Of a stretch of 64,000 bases of DNA, positions 47,755-60,763 are shown in pieces. The stretch covers positions 2,480,001-2,544,000 of the forward strand of contig CATNEN010000031.1 of NCBI GenBank assembly GCA_950097015.1, given 5' to 3'. Source of the DNA: Macrostomum hystrix. Taxonomy: Eukaryota > Animalia > Platyhelminthes. The translations under genes were made by a program, and so were the position numbers. The first letter of the stretch is position 1. Every line of letters begins with the position of its first letter. The notes beneath the pieces were generated by a model. The model did no database searches. It was not told where the DNA came from and worked only from the letters and a program-made list of their open reading frames with translations.

Positions 47755-48120
47755 ACTCACTAACGAACTCACACGTGTACTCACTCGTATACTCACTCAT
47801 AGACTCACTAATGTGCTCACTCGTGTGCTCACTAGTGTACTCACTCGTGTACTCACTCGTGTATTCAGTCGTAGACTCACTCGTGTACTCACTCGTGTAT
47901 TCAGTCGTAGACTCACTCGTGTACTCACTCGTGTACTCACAACTGTACTCACATCTGTACTCACTCGTGCGTTCACTCGTGCGTTCACTCGTGCGTTCAC
48001 TCGTGCGTTCACTCGTGCGTTCACTCGTGTACTCACTCGTGTACTCATTCGTGTGCTCACTCGTGTACTCACTCGTGTACTCACTCGTGTACACACTCGT
48101 AGACTCACTTAGAGTCACTT
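47755..48120 (+). repeat. 12-bp minisatellite CACTCGTGTACT
   Basis: Direct reading; source of the TSEY and LVYS pseudo-ORFs. Confidence 0.92.
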
Positions 48121-48539
48121 AGAGTCGTCAAATAATTCGTTAAAACCCCTCGTTAACTCACTCGTAAAGTCCCTGATAAGCTCAGTCGCTGACAGGTGTT
48201 TCTCACTAATTTTTAGAATTTTTAGATTCCATAGGGAAGAAGAAGGGAATTATAGACAAAATTATAGACAATTATGGACATTCACCATCCAAGCCTTGCC
48301 CATTTTTTTATTTTTTTCATGCATTGGGGAACACGACAGGAATAAGGACTGGGATGTCCCACAGTCGCTTTGCCAATGTTTCATTTGCACCGTTGACTCT
48401 CTGAGCAGTAAGGCTGTTTGAGTTCATCTGTAGCATGCAGAGTTAAGTAAATAATTATTACTGGGTCACTTTCCGAATTTTCAATCATGCGAAGCTTTGA
48501 AATTCGGGATTCCGAGACTACGGAATTTTCGGAGTTCGC

Positions 48540-49210
48540 AACTTTCGTGTTTCCAAACTTTCCGGTTTCCGAACTTTCGGGTTTCTGAAATTTCGGTTTT
48601 CCGAACTTTCCGGTTTCCGAACTTTCGGGTTTCTGAAATTTCGGGTTTCTGAACTTTCCGGTTTCCGAACTTTCGGGTTTCTGAAATTTTGGTTTTCCGA
48701 ACTTTTCGGTTTCCGAACTTTCGGGTTTCTGAAATTTCGGTTTTCCGAACTTTCCGGTTTCCGAACTTTCGGGTTTCTGAAATTTCGGGTTTCCGAACTT
48801 TCCGGTTTCCGAACTTTCGGGTTTCTGAAATTTCGGGTTTCCGAACTTTCCGGTTTTCGAACTTTCGGGTTTCTGAAATTTCGGTTTTCCGAACTTTCCG
48901 GTTTCCGAACTTTCGGGTTTCTGAAATTTCGGGTTTCCGAACTTTCCGGTTTCCGAACTTTCGGGTTTCTGAAATTTCGGTTTTCCGAACTTTCCGGTTT
49001 CCGAACTTTCGGGTTTCTGAAATTTCGGGTTTCCGAACTTTCCGGTTTCCGAACTTTCGGGTTTCTGAAATTTCGGTTTTCCGAACTTTCCGGTATTCGA
49101 ACTTTCGGGTTTCTGAACTTTCGGGTTTCCGAACTTCCGGTTTCACTAATTTTCGGGTTTTCATTCAAACTTTCAGATTTTGTGAACTTTTGTGTTTCCG
49201 AACTTTCGGG
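48540..49210 (+). repeat. 16-bp-subunit minisatellite with a 48-bp higher-order unit (TTCCGAACTTTCGGGT variants)
   Basis: Direct reading; 16-aa periodic pseudo-ORFs. Confidence 0.93.
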
Positions 49211-49497
49211 CTTCTGAAGTTTCGATTTTCTAAATATAATTTTCAACATTCATGAATAGTTTTTATGACATGTTAAGTTTCCTTTGCTTAATTCAGTTCA
49301 GCTTTGGAACCTGAGCTGCTAAGACACCAGTACGGAAATCCCAGACTCCCAGAATGGGGATAAATCATTTGAGAGCTGTGATGGGCTTAAATTATGCAGA
49401 TTCCACACCATTCTGACCGCTGAGGACCTTTCAGATCTTTAGCTTCAAGATCTGACCCTTCGAAGTTCTCCAGAGCAAGCACATGGAATGTCTCATA

Positions 49498-52400
49498 GAT
49501 CTCATGGTTATAGATGACTGGAGAGTGAATCTCATGGTTATAGATGACAGGAGAGTGAATCTCATGGCTCTAGATGACTGGAGAGTGAATCTCATGGCTA
49601 TAGATGACTGGAGAGTGAATCTCATGGCTCTAGCTGACTGGATAGTGAATCTCATGGCTCTAGCTGACTGGAGAGTGAATCTCATGGCTCTAGCTGACTG
49701 GAGAGTGAATCTCATGGCCATAGCTGACTGGATAGTGAATCTCATAGCTATAGATGACTGGAGAGTGAATCTCATGGCCATAGATGACTGGATAGTGAAT
49801 CTCATGGCTATAGATGACTGGAGAGTGAATCTCTTGGCTATAGATGACTGGATAGTGAATCTCATGGCCATAGCTGACTGGATAGTGAACCTCATGGCTA
49901 TAGCTGACTGTAGAGTGAATCTCATGGCTCTAGCTGACTGGAGAGTGAATCTCATGGCTCTAGCTGACTGGAGAGTGAATCTCATGGCCATAGCTGACTG
50001 GAGAGTGAATCTCATGGCTATAGATGACTGGAGAGTGAATCTCATGGCTCTAGCTGACTGGAGAGTGAATCTCATGGCTATAGATGACTGGAGAGTAAAT
50101 CTCATGGCTATAGATGACTGGAGAGTGAATCTCATGGCTCTAGCTGACTGGATAGTGAATCTCATGGCTCTAGCTGACTGGAGAGTAAATCTCATGGCTA
50201 TAGATGACTGGAGAGTGAATCTCATGGCTCTAGCTGACTGGATAGTGAATCTCATGGCTATAGATGACTGGAGAGTGAATCTCATGGCTCTAGCTGACTG
50301 GATAGTGAATCTCATGGCTATAGCTGACTGGAGAGTAAATCTCATGGCTATAGATGACTGGAGAGTGAATCTCATGGCCATAGCTGACTGGAGAGTGAAT
50401 CTCATGGCTCTAGCTGACTGGAGAGTGAATCTCATGGCTCTAGCTGACTGGAGAGTAAATCTCATGGCTATAGATGACTGGAGAGTGAATCTCATGGCTA
50501 TAGATGACTGGATAGTGAATCTCATGGCTCTAGCTGACTGGAGAGTGAATCTCATGGCTCTAGCTGACTGGAGAGTGAATCTCATGGCTATAGATGACTG
50601 GAGAGTGAATCTCATGGCTATAGATGACTGGATAGTGAATCTCATGGCTATAGATGACTGGAGAGTGAATCTCATGGCTCTAGCTGACTGGAGAGTGAAT
50701 CTCATGGCTCTAGCTGACTGGAGAGTGAATCTCATGGCTCTAGCTGACTGGAGAGTGAATCTCTTGGCCATAGATGACTGGATAGTGAATCTCATGGCCA
50801 TAGATGACTGGATAGTGAATCTCATGGCTATAGATGACTGGATAGTGAATCTCATGGCTCTAGCTGACTGGAGAGTGAATCTCATGGCTCTAGCTGACTG
50901 GAGAGTGAATCTCATGGCTCTAGCTGACTGGATAGTGAATCTCATGGCTATAGATGACTGGAGAGTAAATCTCATGGCTATAGATGACTGGAGAGTGAAT
51001 CTCATGGCTATAGCTGACTGGATAGTGAATCTCATGGCTATAGATGACTGGAGAGTGAATCTCATGGCCATAGCTGACTGGAGAGTGAATCTCATGGCTA
51101 TAGATGACTGGAGAGTGAATCTCATGGCTCTAGCTGACTGGAGAGTGAATCTCATGGCTCTAGCTGACTGTAGAGTGAATCTCATGGCTCTAGCTGACTG
51201 GAGAGTGAATCTCATGGCTCTAGCTGACTGGAGAGTGAATCTCATGGCCATAGCTGACTGGATAGTGAATCTCATGGCTATAGATGACTGGAGAGTGAAC
51301 CTCATGGCTATAGATGACTGGAGAGTGAATCTCATGGCCATAGCTGACTGGAGAGTGAATCTCATGGCTATAGATGACTGGAGAGTGAATCTCATGGCTA
51401 TAGCTGACTGGATAGTGAATCTCATGGCTATAGATGACTGGAGAGTGAATCTCATGGCCATAGCTGACTGGAGAGTGAATCTCATGGCCATAGCTGACTG
51501 GAGAGTGAATCTCATGGCTATAGATGACTGTAGAGTGAATCTCATAGCTCTAGCTGACTGGAGAGTGAATCTCATGGCTCTAGCTGACTGTAGAGTGAAT
51601 CTCATGGCTCTAGCTGACTGGAGAGTGAATCTCATGGCTCTAGCTGACTGGAGAGTGAATCTCATGGCTATAGATGACTGGAGAGTGAATCTCATGGCTA
51701 TAGCTGACTGGAGAGTAAATCTCATGGCTATAGATGACTGGAGAGTGAATCTCATGGCTCTAGCTGACTGGATAGTGAATCTCATGGCTATAGCTGACTG
51801 GAGAGTAAATCTCATGGCTATAGATGACTGGAGAGTGAATCTCATGGCTATAGCTGACTGGATAGTGAATCTCATGGCTATAGATGACTGGAGAGTGAAT
51901 CTCATGGCCATAGCTGACTGAAGAGTGAATCTCATGGCTATAGATGACTGTAGAGTGAATCTCATGGCTCTAGCTGACTGGATAGTGAATCTCATGGCTC
52001 TAGCTGACTGGAGAGTGAATCTCATAGCTCTAGCTGACTGGAGAGTGAATCTCATGGCTCTAGCTGACTGGAGAGTGAATCTCATGGCCATGGCTGACTG
52101 GATAGTGAATCTCATGGCTATAGCTGACTGGAGAGTAAATCTCATGGCTATAGATGACTGGAGAGTGAATCTCATGGCCATAGCTGACTGGAGAGTGAAT
52201 CTCATGGCTATAGATGACTGTAGAGTGAATCTCATGGCTCTAGCGGACTGGAGAGTGAATCTCATGGCTCTAGCTGACTGGAGAGTGAATCTCATGGCCA
52301 TAGCTGACTGGATAGTGAATCTCATAGCTATAGATGACTGGAGAGTGAACCTCATGGCTATAGATGACTGGAGAGTGAATCTCATGGCTCTAGCTGACTG

Positions 52401-53798
52401 GAGAGTGAATCTCATGGCTCTAGCTGACTGGATAGTGAATCTCATAGCTATAGATGACTGGAGAGTGAACCTCATGGCTATAGATGACTGGAGAGTGAAT
52501 CTCATGGCTCTAGCTGACTGGAGAGTGAATCTCTTGGCCATAGATGACTGGATAGTGAATCTCATGGCTATAGATGACTGGAGAGTGAATCTCATGGCTA
52601 TAGCTGACTGGAGAGTAAATCTCATGGCTATAGCTGACTGGAGAGTGAATCTCATGGCTATAGATGTCTTGAGAGTGAATCTCATGGCTATAGATGTCTG
52701 GAGAGTGAATCTCATGGCTCTAGCTGACTGGAGAGTGAATCTCATGGCCATAGCTGACTGGAGAGTGAATCTCATGGCTATAGATGACTGGAGAGTGAAT
52801 CTCATGGCTCTAGCTGACTGGAGAGTAAATCTCATGGCTATAGCTGACTGGAGAGTGAATCTCATGGCTATAGATGACTAGATAGTGAATCTCATGGCTA
52901 TAGCTGACTGGAGAGTAAATCTCATGGCTATAGCTGACTGGAGAGTGAATCTCATGGCTATAGATGTCTTGAGAGTGAATCTCATGGCTATAGATGTCTG
53001 GAGAGTGAATCTCATGGCTCTAGCTGACTGGAGAGTGAATCTCATGGCCATAGCTGACTGGAGAGTGAATCTCATGGCTATAGATGACTGGAGAGTGAAT
53101 CTCATGGCTCTAGCTGACTGGAGAGTAAATCTCATGGCTATAGCTGACTGGAGAGTGAATCTCATGGCTCTAGTTGACTGGAGAGTGAATCTCATGGCTT
53201 CAGCTGACTGGAGAGTGAATCTCATGGCCATAGCTGACTGGAGAGTGAATCTCATGGCTATAGATGACTGGAGAGTGAATCTCATGGCTCTAGCTGACTG
53301 GAGAGTGAATCTCATGGCCATAGCTGACTGGATAGTCAATCTCATGGCTCTAGCTGACTGGAGAGTGAATCTCATGGCTCTAGCTGACTGGAGAGTGAAT
53401 CTCATGGCTCTAGCTGACTGGAGAGTGAATCTCATGGCCATAGCTGACTGGATAGTGAATCTCATGGCTATAGATGACTGGATAGTGAATCTCATGGCTA
53501 TAGATGACTGGAGAGTGAATCTCATGGCTCTAGCTGACTGGAGAGTGAATCTCATGGCTCTAGCTGACTGGAGAGTGAATCTCATGGCTATAGATGACTG
53601 GAGAGTGAATCTCATGGCTATAGATGACTGGAGAGTGAATCTCATGGCTCTAGCTGACTGGAGAGTGAATCTCATGGCTCTAGCTGACTGGAGAGCGAAT
53701 CTCATGGCTATAGATGACTGGAGAGTGAATCTCATGGCTATAGATGACTGGAGAGTGAATCTCATGGCTCTAGCTGACTGGAGAGTGAATCTCATGGC
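49498..53798 (+). repeat. 30-bp minisatellite CTCATGGCTCTAGCTGACTGGAGAGTGAAT, ~143 copies with interspersed variants
   Basis: Exact 30-bp phase throughout (each 60-nt line holds two units). Confidence 0.97.
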
Positions 53799-54076
53799 TT
53801 GATGCGGTTATCATTAGTGCTAGAATAATTTCAGCTGTCATCGAGTGAACTTTTCAGGCGCCAGCCGCTGCCCCTGAGTCGAATTTCCAGGTCGGCTGCT
53901 CCATTAGGCTTTGATCTGCCCTACAGGGCCGGCCCTGTGTCTGAGAACTGCTCCCAAAGGATTCTCCTCTTTTGAGCAGGTCTGGGGAATCATTATTCTA
54001 TTTCACGACTCAACTAACTGAGCAAGTTTTCCGACTCACCACTGCTGCTTTCATCTTGAGGCTCCATGTCAAAATC

Positions 54077-54915
54077 ATTCACTCTCATCCTAGATCCCTG
54101 AGATTCACTCTCATCCTAGATCCCTGAGATTCACTCTCATATTAGATCCCTGAAATTAACTCTCATATTAGATCCCTGAGATTCACTCTCATCCTAGATC
54201 CCTGAGATTCACTCTCATATTAGATCCCTGAAATTAACTCTCATATTAGATCCCTGAGATTCACTCTCATATTAGATCCCTGAAATTAACTCTCATATTA
54301 GATCCCTGAGATTCACTCTCATATTAGATCCCTGAGATTCACTCTCATATTAGATCCCTGAGATTCACTCTCATATTAGATCCCTGAGATTCACTCTCAT
54401 ATTAGATCCCTGAGATTCACTCTCATATTAGATACCTGAGATTCACTCTCATATTAGATACCTGAGATTCACTCTCATATTAGATCCTTGAGATTTACTC
54501 TCATATTAGATACCTGAGATTCACTCTCATATTAGATCCCTGAGATTAACTCTCATATTAGATCCCTGAAATTAACTCTCATATTAGATCCCTGAGATTC
54601 ACTCTCATATTAGATCCCTGAGATTCACTCTCATATTAGATCCCTGAGATTCACTCTCATATTAGATCCCTGAGATTCACTCTCATATTAGATCCCTGAG
54701 GTTCTCTCTCATCCTAGATCCCTGAGATTCACTCTCATATTAGATCCCTGAGATTTACTCTCATATTAGATACCTGAGATTCACTCTCATATTAGATACC
54801 TGAGATTCACTCTCATATTAGATACCTGAGATTCACTCTCATATTAGATACCTGAGATTCACTCTCATATTAGATACCTGAGATTCACTCTCATATTAGA
54901 TCCCTGAGATTCACT
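54077..54915 (+). repeat. 26-bp minisatellite GAGATTCACTCTCATATTAGATCCCT, ~32 copies
   Basis: Period 26 (54301, 54327). Confidence 0.95.
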
Positions 54916-55297
54916 AAGACCACTATTTTCACGCTAAGCCAAGCAGGGCAGTGTTCAATCATGCATTTGCCACAAATTTCCAGCTAGCAATTCGTCACGC
55001 TGAAGCAGCAATTCGGGTGGGTTGCTTATGTTTTTAAGCCTGTCGAAGGTAAACAAAACGACACATTGGTGACACCCAGTCATCTGTTTAACTGTTTTAG
55101 TCAGCTTTTCTCTTGGTGATAAATCAGCCAGCAGGTAATTATGCAAGCAAATGTCCTGGTGAAATTCCTATTTTTATTCTCAGGTTTTCGGACCCTCAGA
55201 TTTTAGTCGATCTTTTTGTTCTATGTCAGGTATTCAATTATATAAGTGAATCTCATGGATGAGAGTGAATGAGGGTGAATCTTAGGGATCTAATGTC

Positions 55298-56533
55298 AGT
55301 CAGTGTCAAATGAATTTCAGTAGTCAGTGTCAAATGAATGTCAGGACTCAGTGTCAAATGAATGTCAGGAGTCAGTGTCAAATGAATGTCAGGAGTCAGT
55401 GTCAATTAAATGTCAGGAGTCAGTACCAAATGAATGTCAGGAGTCAGTACCAAATGAATGTCAGGAGTCAGTGTCAAATGAATGTCAGGAGTCAGTGTCA
55501 AATGAATGTCAGGAGTCAGTGTCAAATGAATGTCAGGAGTCAGTGTCAAATGAATGTCAGGAGTCAGTGTCAAATGAATGTCAGGAGTCAGTGTCAAATG
55601 AATGTCAGGAGTCAGTGTCAAATGAATGTCAGGAGTCAGTGTCAAATAAATGTCAGGAGTCAGTGTCAAATGAATGTCAGGAGTCAGTGTCAAATGAATG
55701 TCAGGAGTCAGTGTCAAATGAATGTCAGGAGTCAGTGTCAAATGAATGTCAGGAGTCAGTGTCAAATAAATGTCAGGAGTCAGTACCAAATGAATGTCAT
55801 TAGTCAGTGTCAAATGAATGTCAGGAGTCAGTATCAAATGAATGTCATTAGTCAGTGTCAAATGAATGTCAGGAGTCAGTGTCAAATAAATGTCAGGAGT
55901 CAGTACCAAATGAATGTCATTAGTCAGTGTCAAATGAATGTCAGGAGTCAGTATCAAATGAATGTCAGGAGTCAGTGTCAAATGAATGTCAGGAGTCAGT
56001 GTCAAATAAATGTCAGGAGTCAGTACCAAATGAATGTCATTAGTCAGTGTCAAATGAATGTCAGGAGTCAGTGTCAAATGAATGTCAGGAGTCAGTGTCA
56101 AATGAATGTCAGGAGTCAGTGTCAAATAAATGTCAGGAGTCAGTACCAAATGAATGTCATTAGTCAGTGTCAAATGAATGTCAGGAGTCAGTATCAAATG
56201 AATGTCAGGAGTCAGTGTCAAATGAATGTCAGGAGTCAGTGTCAAATAAATGTCAGGAGTCAGTACCAAATGAATGTCATTAGTCAGTGTCAAATGAATG
56301 TCAGGAGTCAGTGTCAAATGAATGTCAGGAGTCAGTGTCAAATGAATGTCAGGAGTCAGTGTCAAATAAATGTCAGGAGTCAGTACCAAATGAATGTCAT
56401 TAGTCAGTGTCAAATGAATGTCAGGAGTCAGTATCAAATGAATGTCATTAGTCAGTGTCAAATGAATGTCAGGAGTCAGTGTCAAATAAATGTCAGGAGT
56501 CAGTACCAAATGAATGTCAGGAGTCAGTGTCAA
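55298..56533 (+). repeat. 24-bp minisatellite AATGAATGTCAGGAGTCAGTGTCA with a 120-bp (5-mer) HOR
   Basis: The 60-nt lines starting at 55741, 55861, 55981, 56101, 56221 and 56341 are identical. Confidence 0.95.
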
Positions 56534-57099
56534 ACATGTGTTCAAGTGTCAGATTAAGTTATTCAGTCCCCAAAAAGTGTCAGAAAAGCGTTGTCAGGTC
56601 CAAAAAGTAAATTTGATTCGCTTACTACTGCAAGTAAGAGAGTCAGACAGTATATTCAGAATTAGCTCTCTTTCAACAGACTCGGCCCTCGCCACACGCT
56701 ATTGAATCCATTGAAGCCCTGACACGGCGGCTCAGCATGCCCGAATTTCCACTGAAGAAGTTCCGGCGAGGCCGCGTATCCACCACCCACCCCAACCTTA
56801 GATGCCCCACAGCGATCTGAGCTTTCTCCTACTCCAGAGCCTGAAGTGTGCGTGACGTATTCTTAGCGGCGCGTTTCGGATCTCAGATGCCGGAGGGGGG
56901 GAGTGCTAGATTACTTATGTTTTATGAGGCTTGGGCGTTCTCGAATTCCTTGATGGCCCGATGAGGCAATTCCCCCCAAACCATTATAGCCTCGCCTAAA
57001 TTAGAAAGTCATTTGTTTAAACTGTTAAAAAGCGGTTTGCTTTGCAAAACAAAACTTTTAAATTAATGTTTAAAGTGACGAAATCTACACGTCACTGGT

Positions 57100-57650
57100 G
57101 TGAAAAGTAACCTTTCTTTTCCTGTCAAAAAACGTTGGCAAAAAAATCGTAAATTTTAGTTCAGTAGAATAAAGGGGGTAAAAAGTAGCGAATTCGGATA
57201 GAAAACAAACGTTAAAAGTAACGAGCATTTGTTCAACCGTATCAGGGCTTTGAAATGTAACGAATTTATTTTCGGTATAAAATCGAAGACGAAAATTTTA
57301 CTTCAGAAAACTTTTGGAGCTAAATACGAGTAGTATATAGAATTCGATTTCAGTATAATAATTAACGCTTAAAGTAACGTACATTACTTCAGTAGAATCG
57401 GTATTTGAAAACTAACGAAGGTAAAGGTTAAATTTAACGAAATCTTTTCATAAGAGATGATCATTTTTAAAGTAACGAATTCGACTTCAATGGAAAAACG
57501 AACGTTAAAAGTAACGAAATCTTATTTAGTAAAATAACGGAGGTTAAAAGTGTCGAATTAGACTAAGGAAAAATCGAAGGCTAAAATGAACGCATTTTTT
57601 AAAAGTCGAAACGGAAGATAGGCTAAAGAAAGGTTAAAAGTAACGAATTA
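57100..57650 (+). repeat. Degenerate array of a TTAAAAGTAACGAA-like motif with variable spacers
   Basis: About a dozen AAAAGTAACGAA-like motifs in AT-rich sequence, spaced roughly 30-50 bp apart. Confidence 0.65.
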
Positions 57651-59284
57651 TTAATTTCAGCGGAATGAAGTGAGAAGGAACGGAAGCTAGTTCCGTTGAT
57701 TATCTGAGGCTAGCATCCTCTGTGACTTTGGCAGACTAGAAATGCTCATTCTTTAGGTTACCTTGAGTTACCAAGTAATTTTCCGAAAAAAATCTAGGGA
57801 TTTATATTTTGAGTGTCTCTCCCTTAACTTCCTTGAAGCTCTCCACATTTTGATGTTTTTTTTTCTGATGAGCCCGCACAGCTTATTGTGCGCATCAAAG
57901 GGAGACGGACAGACCTAGGACGGAACAGAGAGGTGTCGCTCAGCCCTCACTTCCCATCGGCTACTGGCGAAAGGGACTTGACATCGGAACGGCTATAAGG
58001 AGAGACTGAGCGCCCCTGGGGGTAGGACAGTAATCTCCATTCTATTTCTAATGATCGAAGCCCCGACCAGTCTCCGGGGAGAGAGAGGGATGAAAATTAG
58101 GGATTTTTTCCTTAGGAGGGAATGGGAGACAGTCGCGCACTAACAACTTGGAGCAGTTTGTGAGAAGGCATCTAAGATTGTATGTTAGGCAGGGGGGCAC
58201 CGCTGTGTGCGTTGTAGTGTGACAGATGAGAGTCTCACCGACCCCGGTGCGTCATCAGTTCCTGAACCTATTAATGAAGTTTTTTTACTTCCCGTACGGG
58301 TTGCTAGCTTCCTTCAAAGTCAGCCGGAAACGCGAATCTCGCAGTCCCCTGCTTGACAATGAATCATGAAGGATTCAGAAATGCGTATGGCAAATGTGCC
58401 TAGTGGAAATGCTAAATCTACGTTTCTAGTTTTTGGGAATCGAACCTCGGACCTATAAATATAAAATAGAAAGTGCACGTAGCTCAAAGGCTATGCTCAA
58501 TAGTGCCTCGATAGGCTGCGCTGTGTACATCTGTTCAGTCCATGGACAGGGGGAGCAATTACTATGGAATTGTCTTTGCCCAATGACACAAATCGCTTTC
58601 CGACGATTCGAACTCCCGACCTCACCAAATATTTTACTTCGAATAGGAATAACCAAATTTATAATAGTTAGATATTTATGCAGCAATACCTTATGTATTG
58701 TATACGGGATAGAGGCAAAGGTCAGCGCGAAGATAAAGAGATGGAAAACAGAGATACGGTGGATTAGAGACCCGCGCAGAGAGGGAAAGGAGAAAAAGGC
58801 TAAGAAAAGCAAATTTTGCCACTTCAGTTATTCCTTCTTTCAGGGATAGAAAAAATGGCTATGAAGAAAGCACGGAGAGAGAGAGAGTTGGAAAGTTGGT
58901 TCCTAGGGGCGCCACTGTCAATCAGGGGATGGTGAGGATTCTGGGATATTTCCGCTTCTGTCTTGCGTCAACACTTACGGCGCGGTCCTGGCATTTCCTT
59001 ATCTTCTTCACCTCGCCCCCGCCAGTCAGTCAGTCAGCTCCTGCCGGCCTCTTCTTGTAGGTTAAAGGGAGCCGTCTTGGCTCGCGCCCCGCGCATGGAA
59101 ATCGTTAGGGAAAGAAAATAGGACCCGGGGGTTTGGGAACTCGGGGGGATGGGGTAAGTGGAAGCAACGTCGAATGGAGAATGGGTCGGGGGAGTTGAAG
59201 AGGCTGGCGCGGGAGGCGAAATTTCGACGCCTGGAGTGCTAGCTGCAGCTCAATCGGCTAAGCTGGCCCTGATGGGACTCGAGT

Positions 59285-59940
59285 AATGGGACCGTTTTGG
59301 GATTTCGATAATGAGCCTCTTTTTGGGATTCGGGTAATGTGGTCGTTTTTGGATCCCGATTGGGATTCGGGTAATGGGGTCGTTTTTGGATCCCAATCGG
59401 GATTCGGGTAATGGGATCGTTTTTGGGATCCCAATTGAGATTCCGGAAGTGGGATCGTTTTTGGGATCCCAATTGGGATTCGGGTAATGGGGTCGTTTTT
59501 GGATCCCAATCGGGATTCGGGTAATGGGATCGTTTTTGGGATCCCTATCGGGATTCGAGTAATGGGATCGTTTTGGGATCCCAATTGGGATTCGGGTAAT
59601 GAGATCGTTTTTAGGATCATAGTTGGGATTCGGGTAATGAGATCGCTTTTTGGGATCCCAATTGAGATTCCGGAAGTGGTACCGTTTTTGGGATCCCTAT
59701 TGGGATTCGAGTAATGGGATCGTTTTGGGAACCCAAATTGGGATTCGGGTAATGAGATCGCTTTTTGGGATCCCAATTGAGATTCCGGAAGTGGTATCGT
59801 TTTTGGGATCCCAATCGGGATTCGGGTAATGGGATCGTTTTTGGGATCCCAATTGGGATTCGGGTAATGGGATCGTTTTTGGGATCCCAATTGGGATTCG
59901 GGTAATGGGATCGTTTTTGGGATCCCAACTGCCATTCGGG
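59285..59940 (+). repeat. ~38-bp minisatellite containing the palindrome ATCCCAATTGGGAT
   Basis: Period 38 at 59821 and 59859; small indels between units. Confidence 0.92.
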
Positions 59941-60525
59941 TTTTGGGGTAATTTTTTTTTCGTTATTGGAAATTAAAAGTTAGGTTTAGAAATAATGTAC
60001 ATTTGAGTTCAGTCTTTGAGGGGATCTCGGTCGGAGTATTGTCTCCTTTCATCTTCAAGACTGCCGCAGGCCGCTCGTTGGCCAGTCTCAAACTGCAGCT
60101 CGCGGCGCTGTCGTCAAGCTTCGCCCATTATCCCCTCAGCTCAAGACGTAACTGGAGGACTGGGCAAAGGATAGAGACTCAGCTGCCTGAGCAGCAGTTA
60201 ATCCGGGACGGATTTGTGCCGAGGCGAGTTAGACCGAGGAGAGAGCGAGTAGAGGGATGGGCGGGTTCTCCGCGCGGTACAAAGGCGCCTTTTATCTCGC
60301 TGCCGCGCTGGCTGCAATGACGTCATCCGCGCATGCGGTAGTCTGCCCAGCCGCTAGCTTAATTAGGGACTTTGGTGGGGCCTGCTTCGCCATCGGAGTG
60401 AAGCCGACTCGGCTGCATTTCCCTCTAATCCTGAGTGATAGTTTTTTAGCAGACCTGCCTAGCAGGCATTGAGCATCGGCCTATTCATTATAGCATCTTT
60501 TGGACAGATAAACAAGAAACAATAA

Positions 60526-60763
60526 AGGAGAGAGGAGAGAGGCGAGAGGGGAGAGGGGAGAGGAGAGAAGAGAGAAGAGAGAATAGAGGAGAGAGGAGGG
60601 AGGAGAGAGGGGAGAGGGGAGAGGAGAGAGGGGAGAGGGGAGAGGGGAGAGGGGAGAGAGGAGAGAAGAGAGGCGAGAGGAGAGAGAGGAGAGGAGAGAG
60701 GCGAGAGGAGAGAGGGGAGAGGAGAGAGGGGAGAGGAGAGAGGAGAGAGGGGAGAGAAGAGAG
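60526..60763 (+). repeat. Polypurine (GA-rich) low-complexity tract
   Basis: Almost exclusively G/A on the plus strand. Confidence 0.92.

Noticed and set aside
49431-53802. Very long ORFs on both strands (1144, 812, 318 and 305 aa)
   Set aside because: They are translations of the 30-bp minisatellite; the period is a multiple of 3 and point variants introduce stops in both frames (e.g. ~51921, ~52880). No unique domain.
58225-58270. Possible hammerhead ribozyme on the minus strand (CTGATGA plus a stem)
   Set aside because: The stem is followed by AGAC rather than GAAA. The CTGATGA sites at ~40798 and ~57865 also lack a proper GAAA core.
58430-58630. tRNA genes suggested by B-box motifs (also ~41655-41715)
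   Set aside because: No cloverleaf or acceptor stem can be built; at most decayed SINE heads.
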